Source: an uncultured archaeon
Lineage (GTDB): Archaea; Asgardarchaeota; Lokiarchaeia; Sigyniarchaeales; Promethearchaeaceae
Assembly: GCA_964426185.1 (NCBI GenBank)
Contig: CAYRPF010000012.1
Coordinates: 11,249 to 43,248, forward strand
Reading direction: 5' to 3'
DNA length: 32,000 bases
Shown: positions 1 through 9,541 of the stretch, piece after piece
Position numbering within the stretch: the stretch's first letter is position 1
Layout of the letters: every line of letters starts with the position of its first letter
Notes under the pieces: generated by a model
The model's database searches: none
What the model was told of the DNA's origin: nothing
The model's input: only the letters and a program-made list of their open reading frames with translations
Made by a program: the position numbers and the translations under genes

Positions 1-799
1 CGGAATAAACTTTAATGGCTTCTTCATAAGGGCAAGGATAATCGAAACGGTTAGCATTTGATTCATATTCTTTAATTTTTTTTTCTACTGCTTCAATTTT
101 ATCAAGAATATGTTCTGCTTGTTTATTTAGGGCTTGTTCTTTTTTCCGTTCTTTTTCTTTGAATTTATGAATTATATTTTGTTGTTGTTCTGCCTTTTTT
201 TGTGCTTCTATAGCAGTATGTTCAATTTCACTCAGTTCCTCTTTATTTAACTTTTCTTTAAACTTCAATTTTTTCCTAGATTTCTTATCTTGTGCCAATT
301 TCTCTTGATATCTTGAAACTCCTTCTGCAATTCTTTTACTCTGGTCGTTCCAACCTAACCTAGATAAATCTCTAGCAGCATCAGAATATATTTGAATTGC
401 CTCTTTATATGGGGGAAGAAAATTGAATCTATTAAGTTGTGATTCATATTTTTTAATTTTTTTTTCTACTCTTTCAATTTTGTCAAGAATTTGCTCAACT
501 TGTTGGTCCATTGAATCTTTGTTCTTGATTCGTTCAATTTCTCGCAATTTTTGGTCTTTTTGAAGTTTTTTTCGATATTGTTCTGCTCCGCTGAATAAAA
601 TTTTTGCTTGTGCTGAATCTCCCAGTTGCTGAAATGCCTTAGCCATTTTTTCGTAAATTGAAATTGCTTCTTCATAGGGACAATCTAAATCTAAAATTTG
701 TGTTTTTCGGATTTTTTTTTCATATTCTTTTATTTTCCTTTCAATGATGTCGATGTGCTCTAAAATTTTTTCTGGGCTTAATTTATCTTGTTCTGGCAT
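1..799 (-). CDS. Helical-repeat (MIT/TPR-like) coiled-coil protein, partial (runs off window start); not in the ORF track
   Basis: Manual translation from ATG at 799 gives 266 open codons to the window edge: MPEQDKLSPEKILEHIDIIERKIKEYEKK...CPYEEAISIYEKMAKAFQQLG... The unit IL(D/E)xIxxxExKIKxYE...(C/P)PYxEAIxxY occurs three times. An AGGT SD-like motif lies upstream. Confidence 0.85.
   Translation of the reverse strand, partial: MPEQDKLSPEKILEHIDIIERKIKEYEKKIRKTQILDLDCPYEEAISIYEKMAKAFQQLGDSAQAKILFSGAEQYRKKLQKDQKLREIERIKNKDSMDQQVEQILDKIERVEKKIKKYESQLNRFNFLPPYKEAIQIYSDAARDLSRLGWNDQSKRIAEGVSRYQEKLAQDKKSRKKLKFKEKLNKEELSEIEHTAIEAQKKAEQQQNIIHKFKEKERKKEQALNKQAEHILDKIEAVEKKIKEYESNANRFDYPCPYEEAIKVYS
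15..770 (-). repeat. Intragenic dispersed repeats (3 copies) encoding the helical repeat unit
   Basis: Similar DNA blocks: tcatatt..taatttttttttctact..ttcaatttt.tcaagaat at ~63-108 and ~444-490; aat.gcttcttcata.gg.caa at ~15-35 and ~662-683. Confidence 0.8.
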
Positions 800-853
800 G
801 TTTTAACCTTTCCCTTCTTTTTTCCTTTGAACAATTTTTGTAAATTTAATCGC

Positions 854-1153
854 TTATGATTCTTCAAGAATTTTTAGACATTCATCCACAATTACTTCTC
901 CTTTTGAAAGTAATTTCCATCCATTTTGTTGGTATTCACAGTATCCTTGGTTTTGCGCCTCTTTTAACAATTCAATAACTTGTAAATCCTTCATTTTCTG
1001 TTTAAAATCAATTTGGAGGCAAAATACGATATCATCAGCTGGAACAGGACGAAGTGTTTCATCTTCCATTACACCCAAAGCAGTCAGCACAAATTCATGT
1101 TTACTAATTTTTTTTGAGACTTTATTCCCTTTTTTTTTAAACATACTCTCCAC
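854..1153 (-). CDS. Small winged-helix-like hypothetical protein (start may be ATG at 1144)
   Basis: 99-aa ORF with a helix-helix-helix pattern followed by wing-like 'LLKEAQNQGYCEYQQNGWKLLSKG'. Co-oriented with the repeat gene, 54 bp upstream of it. Confidence 0.65.
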   Translation of the reverse strand: MESMFKKKGNKVSKKISKHEFVLTALGVMEDETLRPVPADDIVFCLQIDFKQKMKDLQVIELLKEAQNQGYCEYQQNGWKLLSKGEVIVDECLKILEES

Positions 1154-1294
1154 TAATTATGAACTATATTTTTTGAAGCTTAAATTTTTTTATGCTAAAG
1201 ATCAAAGCGATGAATTGCGCATTTAATAATTGTTTAAAAAAATAAAGGAAATATCTTATTTAGGTAGGAACTAACTGATATATAGAAAAATTCG

Positions 1295-4200
1295 GTGGAA
1301 AAAATGTCTCCTAAAAAAAGTTGCAGTCGGCACTATCGTTATGTTGCCAGTTGTCCAGATTGTCGGGCTCTAAATGAAGCTGATAGTGAAGAGAAATCTA
1401 AGCCTTTATATCCTGATGCGCTTAAATCTGAATCAGAATCTGACGCATCACATGAAAAAGAAGAAAAAGGGCATTTACGGCCAGAGATACCGCATATCTC
1501 TGATGAACCCCTGCATCCTCCAAAAAGAAATCGTTTTAAGTATCATACCCCTCCAAATCCTGAATTTAAACGTAGATTTGCCATTATTTTAATAATTGTG
1601 GTTATTGGCATAATTGTTGCACTTGTTTATGGATATCCATTATGGCATGCTAAAATTTCTTTACAATCTCAATTATACTCACAAAAAAGTGGGATTGATT
1701 TTTGGCATATATATACTCTGAATTATTGGAGCACATCCTTTTTCTTTAACAAAATCGGATTGATTGGAGCATTTCTCGGAGCTCTTATAATGAGTATCCC
1801 TCCTGAAGATTCCATTTTAAAACTATTGAGTTTGAAGTTTGGTTGGGAGAATCTTAAAAAATGGAAATCTTTGGTTTTATGGTGGACCGCGGGATTTGTC
1901 ATTTTTTATATCATTGGCCAATCAATAGAAACTGGTTATTTTGCTTTAGCTATGCAATTAATTCAAAAAGGATATTTAAATATTGGTTCAGGAGAGTTAT
2001 TCCATGCAATGACTGCACTTTCTGATCCTTCTCAAGTTTCTGAAATTGATATATTTTACTACCAAATAATAACTCGCCCAATCTTAATGTACATCATCGG
2101 AATTATTATTTTCAGAATAATTTTACGAATTATATATTATATCGTTATGGATCGCAATGAGATAAAGATTTCAATGCTTGTTAGTTATTTAATTGGTATA
2201 TTTTTTGTAATCGCCTTATTAAATCGACCATTAAAAGCCCAAAATGGAATCAATTTGATACGTGTATGGAGTATTTACTTGGGTATCGCTATTTTTTTTG
2301 GAATTGGAATTGCTTTATTTATTTACAGTAAGAAAGCATATGGATTTGCCTTAAACTTAAGAGATATCCGAGTGAAACGAAGACTTTCAATTATTTCAGT
2401 TAGCATTCTGGTTATTTTGCTTATTCCTATTTTTGTTAGCATTCCAACTTCAATTAGTTTAGGTAATCCAGAAGTGTGGGATCGCATTGAATGGGATGTA
2501 AAGTATTCTCAACAAATTGCATGGACCCGGGAAGCTGCAGGAATTAGTTATGGGGGTACAAACTTCTTTCAAACGAAGAATATCGATGACTACACCAGTA
2601 AAGTGACCAGCTCCGATTCAGAAATTTTAAATGTAATTCGGCAGTTCGATAAGGAATATTCTGGTAAAATTATGGCTCGTGATATCAAAAATAACTATGA
2701 AACTATGGCTGATAGTGATATTATCTTTATTCCTGGTAAAGGAGAATATTGGGTTGCTCCAAAAACTTTACAAATGGAAATTTTATTGCAAGATGATAAG
2801 AATGAACACACCGAAATATATGATCACGTGGAAGGTTTCTTAGCTTTAGATACTTCCACAGGTCACATTGTTACCAGTCAAGATTATATGGATATTTTTG
2901 GGGTTGCAAGTAATTATCCCCTTTTCTTTGGAGAAAAGGAAGATACCAGTTATAGTTCTTCAAATCAGAATAATTTACTTATTTTAGCTGATTATTATGC
3001 CTACGATAACGACATTCTTCTTAACACGGGTTGGACTCGAACAACAAATTCCACTTCCGTATATGAAGGTTTACCAGATGGAGAACTATCTGGATTAGAA
3101 GCATTTTGGTATATAATGAGTATGGGAACGGGATTATCAACCTTTGCTTTAAACTCGTCATTCGAAAAAGAGTTTTTAATTAATAGAAACATTATGACAA
3201 GGGTTGGATCTATTCTTTTACCCGGAATGGAGATTGACAATGATCCTTACTTGATTTATAACCCAGTAAATCATACGTTATTTTATGGAGTGTCACTTTA
3301 TACTCATATTCAGCTTTCATCTTACTTCAATTCTCCGATTCATCGATTTTTAGGCACGGTTTTAGTAGATGTAAAAACAGGGGAATTAACTTGGTATAAA
3401 AATCCGTCTGCATTTGATCTGGTGAATAATGATCCACTCCAGAATATATGGAAAATGTACTGGGATGAAGATATTTACCCTTGGAAAAATCCAGCAGATG
3501 ATCCATGGTTACTCTCCCAACTCCGTTATCCAGAAACATTGTGGGAAAAACAATTGAGTGTTGATTATTTTTATCATGTACAAGATCCCCGTATTTGGAA
3601 TTCTCAAAGTGATTTCTTCAAATTACCAGAAGGTGCAGATGTATTTTACATTGAAACCGATTTAGGAGAAGGTTTAGAATTTGTTGGTGTTCAATTAGTT
3701 GAATATAATCGAGAAGAATCTTTGAAACTTACAGGATTATATGTAATTAGACATGGAGAACATTTTGGGGAAACTCTCTTTTTCAGGGCTCAAGATTTAG
3801 ATAACCTTATTGGACCTAATACTGCAAAAGATGAATTGAGAACCCAAGCAACCCAAGAGATCTCTTTGATTGCAAACGAGAGATTCGGAAATACCCTATT
3901 ATATCCTTTAGCTGGTTCATTATACTATTATATTCCTATATATTCTCAAACGGGGGATTATGAATCATTTGTTGGCACGGGCTTGGTGAATGCTTTCTCT
4001 AAGCAAACATATTATGGTGATACTTTGACTGAGGCATATAACAAGCTTGCTTTAGATCTTTATCTAAATGATACCGAAGTTCCCGATACTTTAGAAGATC
4101 TAGATTTGAAGGTTGATGCGGATTCACAAATAGAGTATTCTACCATAAATTGGGCAGAGTTTGATGTGATGGTTAAATATATCAATACTAATGATTCATT

Positions 4201-4522
4201 ACCACAAAGAAATGTAACTCTGAATTTAACTCTCCGGTCAGATGTTCCAATGGATGTAAAGATATTTAACCAAAATCTCTCTGGAGTCGAATATAATTTC
4301 AGCGAAAATCTTCAAGCTACGAACTACACCATTGCAACTTGGCAAGGTCCAGATGGATTATATCCTGGTCAAGGTCATAGTTTAGTTGTAAAAGTAAACC
4401 CTACGAATCCCTTAGTTAGCGGAATAATAATTTATTACAATTTTGAGCTATATGATATCGATACAGGTGAACGTATTACAACTGGCTGGAACACTTTCAC
4501 TTTTATTAACAGTAATACTTAA
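1295..4522 (+). CDS. UPF0182-family multi-pass membrane protein with N-terminal Cys/His knuckle and C-terminal beta-rich extracellular domain (probable start ATG 1304)
   Basis: About 8-9 hydrophobic segments in aa 95-390, then family-like motifs (TREAAGI, YDHVEGF, DPYL, LRYPETL, GNTLLYPLAGSLYYYIPIY). GGTGG precedes ATG 1304. Confidence 0.8.
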   Translation: MEKMSPKKSCSRHYRYVASCPDCRALNEADSEEKSKPLYPDALKSESESDASHEKEEKGHLRPEIPHISDEPLHPPKRNRFKYHTPPNPEFKRRFAIILIIVVIGIIVALVYGYPLWHAKISLQSQLYSQKSGIDFWHIYTLNYWSTSFFFNKIGLIGAFLGALIMSIPPEDSILKLLSLKFGWENLKKWKSLVLWWTAGFVIFYIIGQSIETGYFALAMQLIQKGYLNIGSGELFHAMTALSDPSQVSEIDIFYYQIITRPILMYIIGIIIFRIILRIIYYIVMDRNEIKISMLVSYLIGIFFVIALLNRPLKAQNGINLIRVWSIYLGIAIFFGIGIALFIYSKKAYGFALNLRDIRVKRRLSIISVSILVILLIPIFVSIPTSISLGNPEVWDRIEWDVKYSQQIAWTREAAGISYGGTNFFQTKNIDDYTSKVTSSDSEILNVIRQFDKEYSGKIMARDIKNNYETMADSDIIFIPGKGEYWVAPKTLQMEILLQDDKNEHTEIYDHVEGFLALDTSTGHIVTSQDYMDIFGVASNYPLFFGEKEDTSYSSSNQNNLLILADYYAYDNDILLNTGWTRTTNSTSVYEGLPDGELSGLEAFWYIMSMGTGLSTFALNSSFEKEFLINRNIMTRVGSILLPGMEIDNDPYLIYNPVNHTLFYGVSLYTHIQLSSYFNSPIHRFLGTVLVDVKTGELTWYKNPSAFDLVNNDPLQNIWKMYWDEDIYPWKNPADDPWLLSQLRYPETLWEKQLSVDYFYHVQDPRIWNSQSDFFKLPEGADVFYIETDLGEGLEFVGVQLVEYNREESLKLTGLYVIRHGEHFGETLFFRAQDLDNLIGPNTAKDELRTQATQEISLIANERFGNTLLYPLAGSLYYYIPIYSQTGDYESFVGTGLVNAFSKQTYYGDTLTEAYNKLALDLYLNDTEVPDTLEDLDLKVDADSQIEYSTINWAEFDVMVKYINTNDSLPQRNVTLNLTLRSDVPMDVKIFNQNLSGVEYNFSENLQATNYTIATWQGPDGLYPGQGHSLVVKVNPTNPLVSGIIIYYNFELYDIDTGERITTGWNTFTFINSNT

Positions 4523-4540
4523 TAGAAAATATTAAGTTAA

Positions 4541-4548
4541 TTTTTTTT
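4541..4548 (+). terminator. Oligo-T archaeal terminator candidate
   Basis: T8 run 18 bp after the UPF0182 stop codon. Confidence 0.4.
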
Positions 4549-4588
4549 ATTCAATATTATATGCTATCATTTTATCGGGGAAAAGTTA

Positions 4589-7500
4589 ATGAAAATTTCA
4601 AGAGACTCACGCTATAAATATGAACTTGATGAATCTTTGTTTTCTGAGAAAGGTGATGTTATTTTTAAGGGAGATATTCATTTAGTGCGTGTATTTACTC
4701 AAAAAATCAACGAACGCAGAGATTTATTGAATTATCCTGAATTGGCTGCTAAGGCCTCTGAAATATATGGTATTTCCTTATTAACCGAGATTAATGAATA
4801 CATATATCAGCTATATCTAGAAGAAATAGATTATCCCACCATTAATAAAGAATTATATGAATATTTAAAGAGTGAGATAGGTAAAGAAGAATTAATCGAA
4901 AATACCAAATTACTAATAAAAGAATTTCCTCCCTTGCCTGTGTTCAAGAACGAAATGACTCCAGAAGAGTTTTTGGAACAACTAGATTCCGAAACTGGAA
5001 TTAAAAATCAAGAAAAATATGTAAATGAATTTGTTAGTTTGTGGTTGAGCAACATTAATCCTGCTTTTTCCCCGTATTTAGAGTTTTTTGATGATGAAGC
5101 CTTAGAAAAACATGCAAAATACTTAAATATCGTGAAAAAAATTAAAGAATTTTATGAACAAAAGCCTTTCTTCAAATATACGGGGAAAAATATTATTGAA
5201 ACCCTTCGAGATCCTATTAAGCACTTTCCCCATTCTTTAAAAGACCAACTCATTTATATCCAAGAACATTGGTCCAGTTTTTTGGGTCAATGGGCATATT
5301 TGTTGCTTACCAGCTTAGATCTTATCAAAGAAGAAGAAAAAATGCGATTTCTCGGACCTGGAAAGGCCCAACTCCCGGATTTTTATGGATTAGATCAAGA
5401 AAATTACTCTCAAGATACGGATTGGATGCCTAAGGTGATAATGGTCGCCAAAAATTCGTATGTATGGTTGGATCAATTGAGTAAGAAATATTCCCGTTCT
5501 ATTACCCGATTAGACCAAATCCCTGATGAAGAATTAGATCAACTGGCCCGATGGGGTTTTACTGCATTATGGTTGATTGGAATATGGGAACGTAGTCCTG
5601 CTTCCAAAACTATTAAGCAATGGTGTGGAAACCTAGATGCTGTAGCTTCTGCCTACTCTCTTTTTGACTATATTGTTGCTCAAGATTTAGGAGGAGAAAA
5701 AGCCTATAATAATCTAAAAGATAGAGCCGCGAAACGGGGGATAAGAATTGCAAGTGATATGGTACCAAACCACACGGGAATTGATTCTAAATGGATTCGA
5801 GAACATCCAGATTGGTATGTTTCATTAGATTATTCTCCATTTCCTTCTTATCAATATTCAGGTCAAAATCTGTGCGGTGATCCAAATATCGGAATTTACT
5901 TGGAAGATAAGTACTTTACTCACCAAGATGCAGCGGTAACCTTCAAATATGTGGATTTTCGCACAGGTCGAACTCGCTATATATATCATGGTAATGACGG
6001 TACCAGCATGCCTTGGAATGATACTGCTCAATTAAATTACCTTCTTCCCGAAGTTCGTGAAGCAGTAATTCAGAATATCTTGCATGTTGCCCGTCTATCT
6101 CCAATTATTCGTTTTGATGCAGCAATGACTTTAACACGTCTTCATTTTCAGCGTTTATGGTTTCCTGAACCAGGAACTGGTGGAGATATCCCTTCTCGAG
6201 CGGGTTTGGGAATGACAAAAGAGGAGTTTGTCAAACGCATGCCAGAAGAATTTTGGCGTGAAGTGGTTGATCGAGTAAAGAAAGAAGTACCGGATACTCT
6301 GTTATTAGCGGAAGCTTTTTGGTTGTTAGAAGGATTTTTTGTTAGAACATTGGGTATGCATCGAGTGTATAATAGTATCTTCATGAATGCTCTTCGGGAT
6401 GAAGATAATGCTCTTTACCGTGCTTCTATAAAAAAAACATTGGAATTTGATCGTCGTATTTTAAAACGATTCGTAAATTTCATGAATAATCCCGATGAAG
6501 AGACAGCAATCAATCAATTTGGCGATGGTGATAAATATTTCGGAATTTGTATGATGCTGGTTACCATGCCTGGTTTACCCATGTTTGGACACGGTCAAAT
6601 TGAGGGATATCGGGAGAAATATGGAATGGAATTTCGCCATGCTTATTGGGATGAACAAATAAATTTGGGATTACTTCAACATCATGAACGTACTATTTTT
6701 CCCATCATGAAAAAGCGTTATCTTTTCGCAGATTCTCAAAACTTTTTCTTATATGATTTTTGGTCTGGTGAAAATGTTAATGAAGATGTTTTTGTTTATT
6801 CCAATAAGGTTGGAGAAGAACGGACATTAGTTATCTACAACAATCGTTTTAACAAGACTCAAGGATATATTAAGACTTCCGTTGGCTTTAACGAAGTAGG
6901 TTCTATTATTCAAAAGAATTTGGGTGAAGCTTTGAATTTACCTGCAGAAAATTATTCCATCGTTAAAGATTACATGTCTGGATTGGAATTTCTCTTATCT
7001 AATAAAGATATTCATGAGCATGGCTATTATTCTGAACTGCATGGATATCAAAGTATTTGCTTTATGGATTGGAGAATTCAACCAGATAATGAATATTTTC
7101 ATTATGCTCAATTGCATCAATTTTTGGCCGGTAAAGGGGTTCCATCAATTCAAGATTCGCTCCAAGAATTAATCTATAAACCTATTATCCAGCCGTATAG
7201 AGATATTCATAATAAACATTTAATCACACAATTATTTCAGTTATATCAGACTAAAGAAGAATTTAACTTTCCCAAAGCGATAAAATCTGAACTAAACGTT
7301 AAAATACACTCTCTCCTTAATGAAATTTGTCGTTTTCTTCAAGTTAGTGATGAAATTCAAAGTCAAACTGTCTCTCTTGCCCAAGAAATTGTGAAAGAAG
7401 TTATAACTATCTGTAAAGTGAACTACATTTTCCAAACTTTTTCAACTTCAAATGCTAATTCAACCGCTATTTCACAATTAATTGAACAATTTCCGGCTGA

Positions 7501-8014
7501 TGCATCCGAGTGGAGTGTGCTTTTTGCATGGATAATACTTCATCGCATAGGAGAAGTTCAATCTCATTCTGATAGTGCGATATATAGTAGAAGTTGGGTT
7601 GAAAAATGGCGGCTGGTAAATGTAGTCGAATGGGTGATTGGTGAATTGGACGGAGATTTGAATAATGCATCTGAAATAATATATTTGCTGAAATTACTCA
7701 TTTCTCATCAAACTTGGTTTCAAAAATTTGTATCTAACGGAAAAAATTCGTCCTATCTTATCATAAATCATCTTTTTCAAGATCCCGAAGTGCAAAATTT
7801 CCTTCAATTCAACCGTTATCAAGAAATTCTCTGGTTTAATGCCGATCGCTTCAAAATATTAAGTCGATGGTTCATTTTAATCGCCATTCCTGCCACAATT
7901 TCCAATAATTCTGTAGATCAATTATTAAAAATTTGGCAGATGGTTCAAAATTGGCAAAAAGCTGCTGAAAATACGAAATATCAAGTTATCTCATTTATAG
8001 AACTCCTTAAATGA
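4589..8014 (+). CDS. Large alpha-amylase family (GH13) glycoside hydrolase/transglycosylase with extra N- and C-terminal domains
   Basis: GH13 conserved regions: I DMVPNH, II RFDAAM (nucleophile D), III LAEAFW (acid/base E), IV FMNNPDE; also WLIGIWE and PGLPMFGHGQ. Confidence 0.88.
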   Translation: MKISRDSRYKYELDESLFSEKGDVIFKGDIHLVRVFTQKINERRDLLNYPELAAKASEIYGISLLTEINEYIYQLYLEEIDYPTINKELYEYLKSEIGKEELIENTKLLIKEFPPLPVFKNEMTPEEFLEQLDSETGIKNQEKYVNEFVSLWLSNINPAFSPYLEFFDDEALEKHAKYLNIVKKIKEFYEQKPFFKYTGKNIIETLRDPIKHFPHSLKDQLIYIQEHWSSFLGQWAYLLLTSLDLIKEEEKMRFLGPGKAQLPDFYGLDQENYSQDTDWMPKVIMVAKNSYVWLDQLSKKYSRSITRLDQIPDEELDQLARWGFTALWLIGIWERSPASKTIKQWCGNLDAVASAYSLFDYIVAQDLGGEKAYNNLKDRAAKRGIRIASDMVPNHTGIDSKWIREHPDWYVSLDYSPFPSYQYSGQNLCGDPNIGIYLEDKYFTHQDAAVTFKYVDFRTGRTRYIYHGNDGTSMPWNDTAQLNYLLPEVREAVIQNILHVARLSPIIRFDAAMTLTRLHFQRLWFPEPGTGGDIPSRAGLGMTKEEFVKRMPEEFWREVVDRVKKEVPDTLLLAEAFWLLEGFFVRTLGMHRVYNSIFMNALRDEDNALYRASIKKTLEFDRRILKRFVNFMNNPDEETAINQFGDGDKYFGICMMLVTMPGLPMFGHGQIEGYREKYGMEFRHAYWDEQINLGLLQHHERTIFPIMKKRYLFADSQNFFLYDFWSGENVNEDVFVYSNKVGEERTLVIYNNRFNKTQGYIKTSVGFNEVGSIIQKNLGEALNLPAENYSIVKDYMSGLEFLLSNKDIHEHGYYSELHGYQSICFMDWRIQPDNEYFHYAQLHQFLAGKGVPSIQDSLQELIYKPIIQPYRDIHNKHLITQLFQLYQTKEEFNFPKAIKSELNVKIHSLLNEICRFLQVSDEIQSQTVSLAQEIVKEVITICKVNYIFQTFSTSNANSTAISQLIEQFPADASEWSVLFAWIILHRIGEVQSHSDSAIYSRSWVEKWRLVNVVEWVIGELDGDLNNASEIIYLLKLLISHQTWFQKFVSNGKNSSYLIINHLFQDPEVQNFLQFNRYQEILWFNADRFKILSRWFILIAIPATISNNSVDQLLKIWQMVQNWQKAAENTKYQVISFIELLK

Positions 8015-8077
8015 TTTTCGTAGAAATTGAATAAGGTTTTTTTATCCACCATGCACTTGTAAAAATACAATTAAAAA

Positions 8078-9541
8078 GTGATCTCAATGAGTGAAATTCA
8101 TGATTTGCATGATATTATCAATCGAGGCAGAATTCAAGCTATAGGCAATGAAATCTTAACGCCTGAGCTTGCAGCTAAAATAGGGGCAACCTTTGGAACT
8201 TATATGGGCTCTAAGGGGATTGCAGTTATAGCAAGGGAATACTCTAATAATAACCGTATGCTTAAACGAGCGTTTATCGGGGGTTTAATGAGTGCAGGAG
8301 TGGATATCTTAAATCTTCATTCGGCACCTGTCCCAGTCCTCCAATTTTCAATTCGACGTTTTGGTGCATCTGCAGGAGTCTATTTTTCCTCAGTTTCGAC
8401 GGGAAAAATGCAGAATCAAATCCGATTTTATGACGCATCGGGTATCGAATTTAATATCACTAAACTAGAAAGTATGAATGAGTATTTTAAAAAATCTAAT
8501 ATTAATCGAGTGAAACCTCTGAATGTAGGCGCTATCACCGATATTCCGCATACTCACGATATTTATCGAAAGGCCATACCACAAATGTTTGAAATAAAAC
8601 TGTTTAAACAAAGAGATATGCATGTGGTGTGTGATTGTTCATATGGTCCTGGTTCAATTGTTCTCCCTGGTATTTTAACCAGCATGAAGGTAGATGTTAT
8701 TGCAATTAATGCTTACGAGAATGATCAGAAATCCGTTGAAATGTACCCAAATCTACAATCAATAAAGAATGTAGTTAACATTGTAAAAGCGTCGCAAGTA
8801 GATTTAGGTGTTGTGCTAGATACTGATGGTTCGCGCGCATTATTCATTGATGAAATGGGTAGAATAATCACATTTGAAGAACTGATGATGTTCTTTATGA
8901 AATATGATCCCATTATTTCGAACGCGGTGGATCAGCCAATCATTACCACTGAAACGGCTTCAAAAATAATTGCTCAATTTGCTGCAGAAGGCGAAAGACA
9001 TACTTTGTATAAAACTAGAAACTTTCCTGGCGAAATTTCGCGTGAAATTCGAGAAAGACGGGGAATTTTTGGTGGAGCAGATACTATGAAGTTTTATTTT
9101 CCAAATTACGGACCTTTTAGCGATGGAGTCTATACTACTTTGAAGATTTTAGAGATTTTGGCCCGTGAAAATATTCCTTTGTCGGCTTTGGTGCGATCAT
9201 TTCCCCGAACAATACATTCTTATAAATCTGTAGGGACAACCTTTGAAAAATTAACCAGTTTTAAAGAATCACTGCGAAAACTAATTCAAACTCATCGGGA
9301 AAATTCTTCTCGTCTTGAATCAAAAAATCTCCCAGCTGAAAATCTTAAAGTTGCAGATTTAGAAATAGATTATCAAGACATTATGGTGGGCATGAAATTA
9401 ATTATCAGAGATCTCGGTTGGGTCGCTCTGTGCACTTCAATGCATACTAATGCGGTAGAACTAGAATCAGAAGGATTGAATGCTAAAAAATCAGAAGAAT
9501 TAATACAAATCGCAGAAGAATTTATTCAACCAATTATTTAA
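8078..9541 (+). CDS. Phosphohexomutase (PGM/PMM)-fold protein with degenerate active site (probable start ATG 8087)
   Basis: Fold motifs LTPELAAKIG, RMLKRAFIGGLMSAGVDI, VVCDCSYG, DLGVVLDTDGSR, SDG. The catalytic ASHNP loop is replaced by SSVST. Confidence 0.85.
   Translation: MISMSEIHDLHDIINRGRIQAIGNEILTPELAAKIGATFGTYMGSKGIAVIAREYSNNNRMLKRAFIGGLMSAGVDILNLHSAPVPVLQFSIRRFGASAGVYFSSVSTGKMQNQIRFYDASGIEFNITKLESMNEYFKKSNINRVKPLNVGAITDIPHTHDIYRKAIPQMFEIKLFKQRDMHVVCDCSYGPGSIVLPGILTSMKVDVIAINAYENDQKSVEMYPNLQSIKNVVNIVKASQVDLGVVLDTDGSRALFIDEMGRIITFEELMMFFMKYDPIISNAVDQPIITTETASKIIAQFAAEGERHTLYKTRNFPGEISREIRERRGIFGGADTMKFYFPNYGPFSDGVYTTLKILEILARENIPLSALVRSFPRTIHSYKSVGTTFEKLTSFKESLRKLIQTHRENSSRLESKNLPAENLKVADLEIDYQDIMVGMKLIIRDLGWVALCTSMHTNAVELESEGLNAKKSEELIQIAEEFIQPII

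Noticed and set aside
466-675. 69-aa minus-strand ORF in the track
   Set aside because: Out-of-frame shadow of the longer repeat-protein ORF that starts at 799.
8078-9541. Calling the mutase-like gene a pseudogene, or a functional glmM/pmm
   Set aside because: The ORF is full length and coupled to the next gene, so it is not a pseudogene. The catalytic motifs are missing, so no enzyme symbol was assigned.
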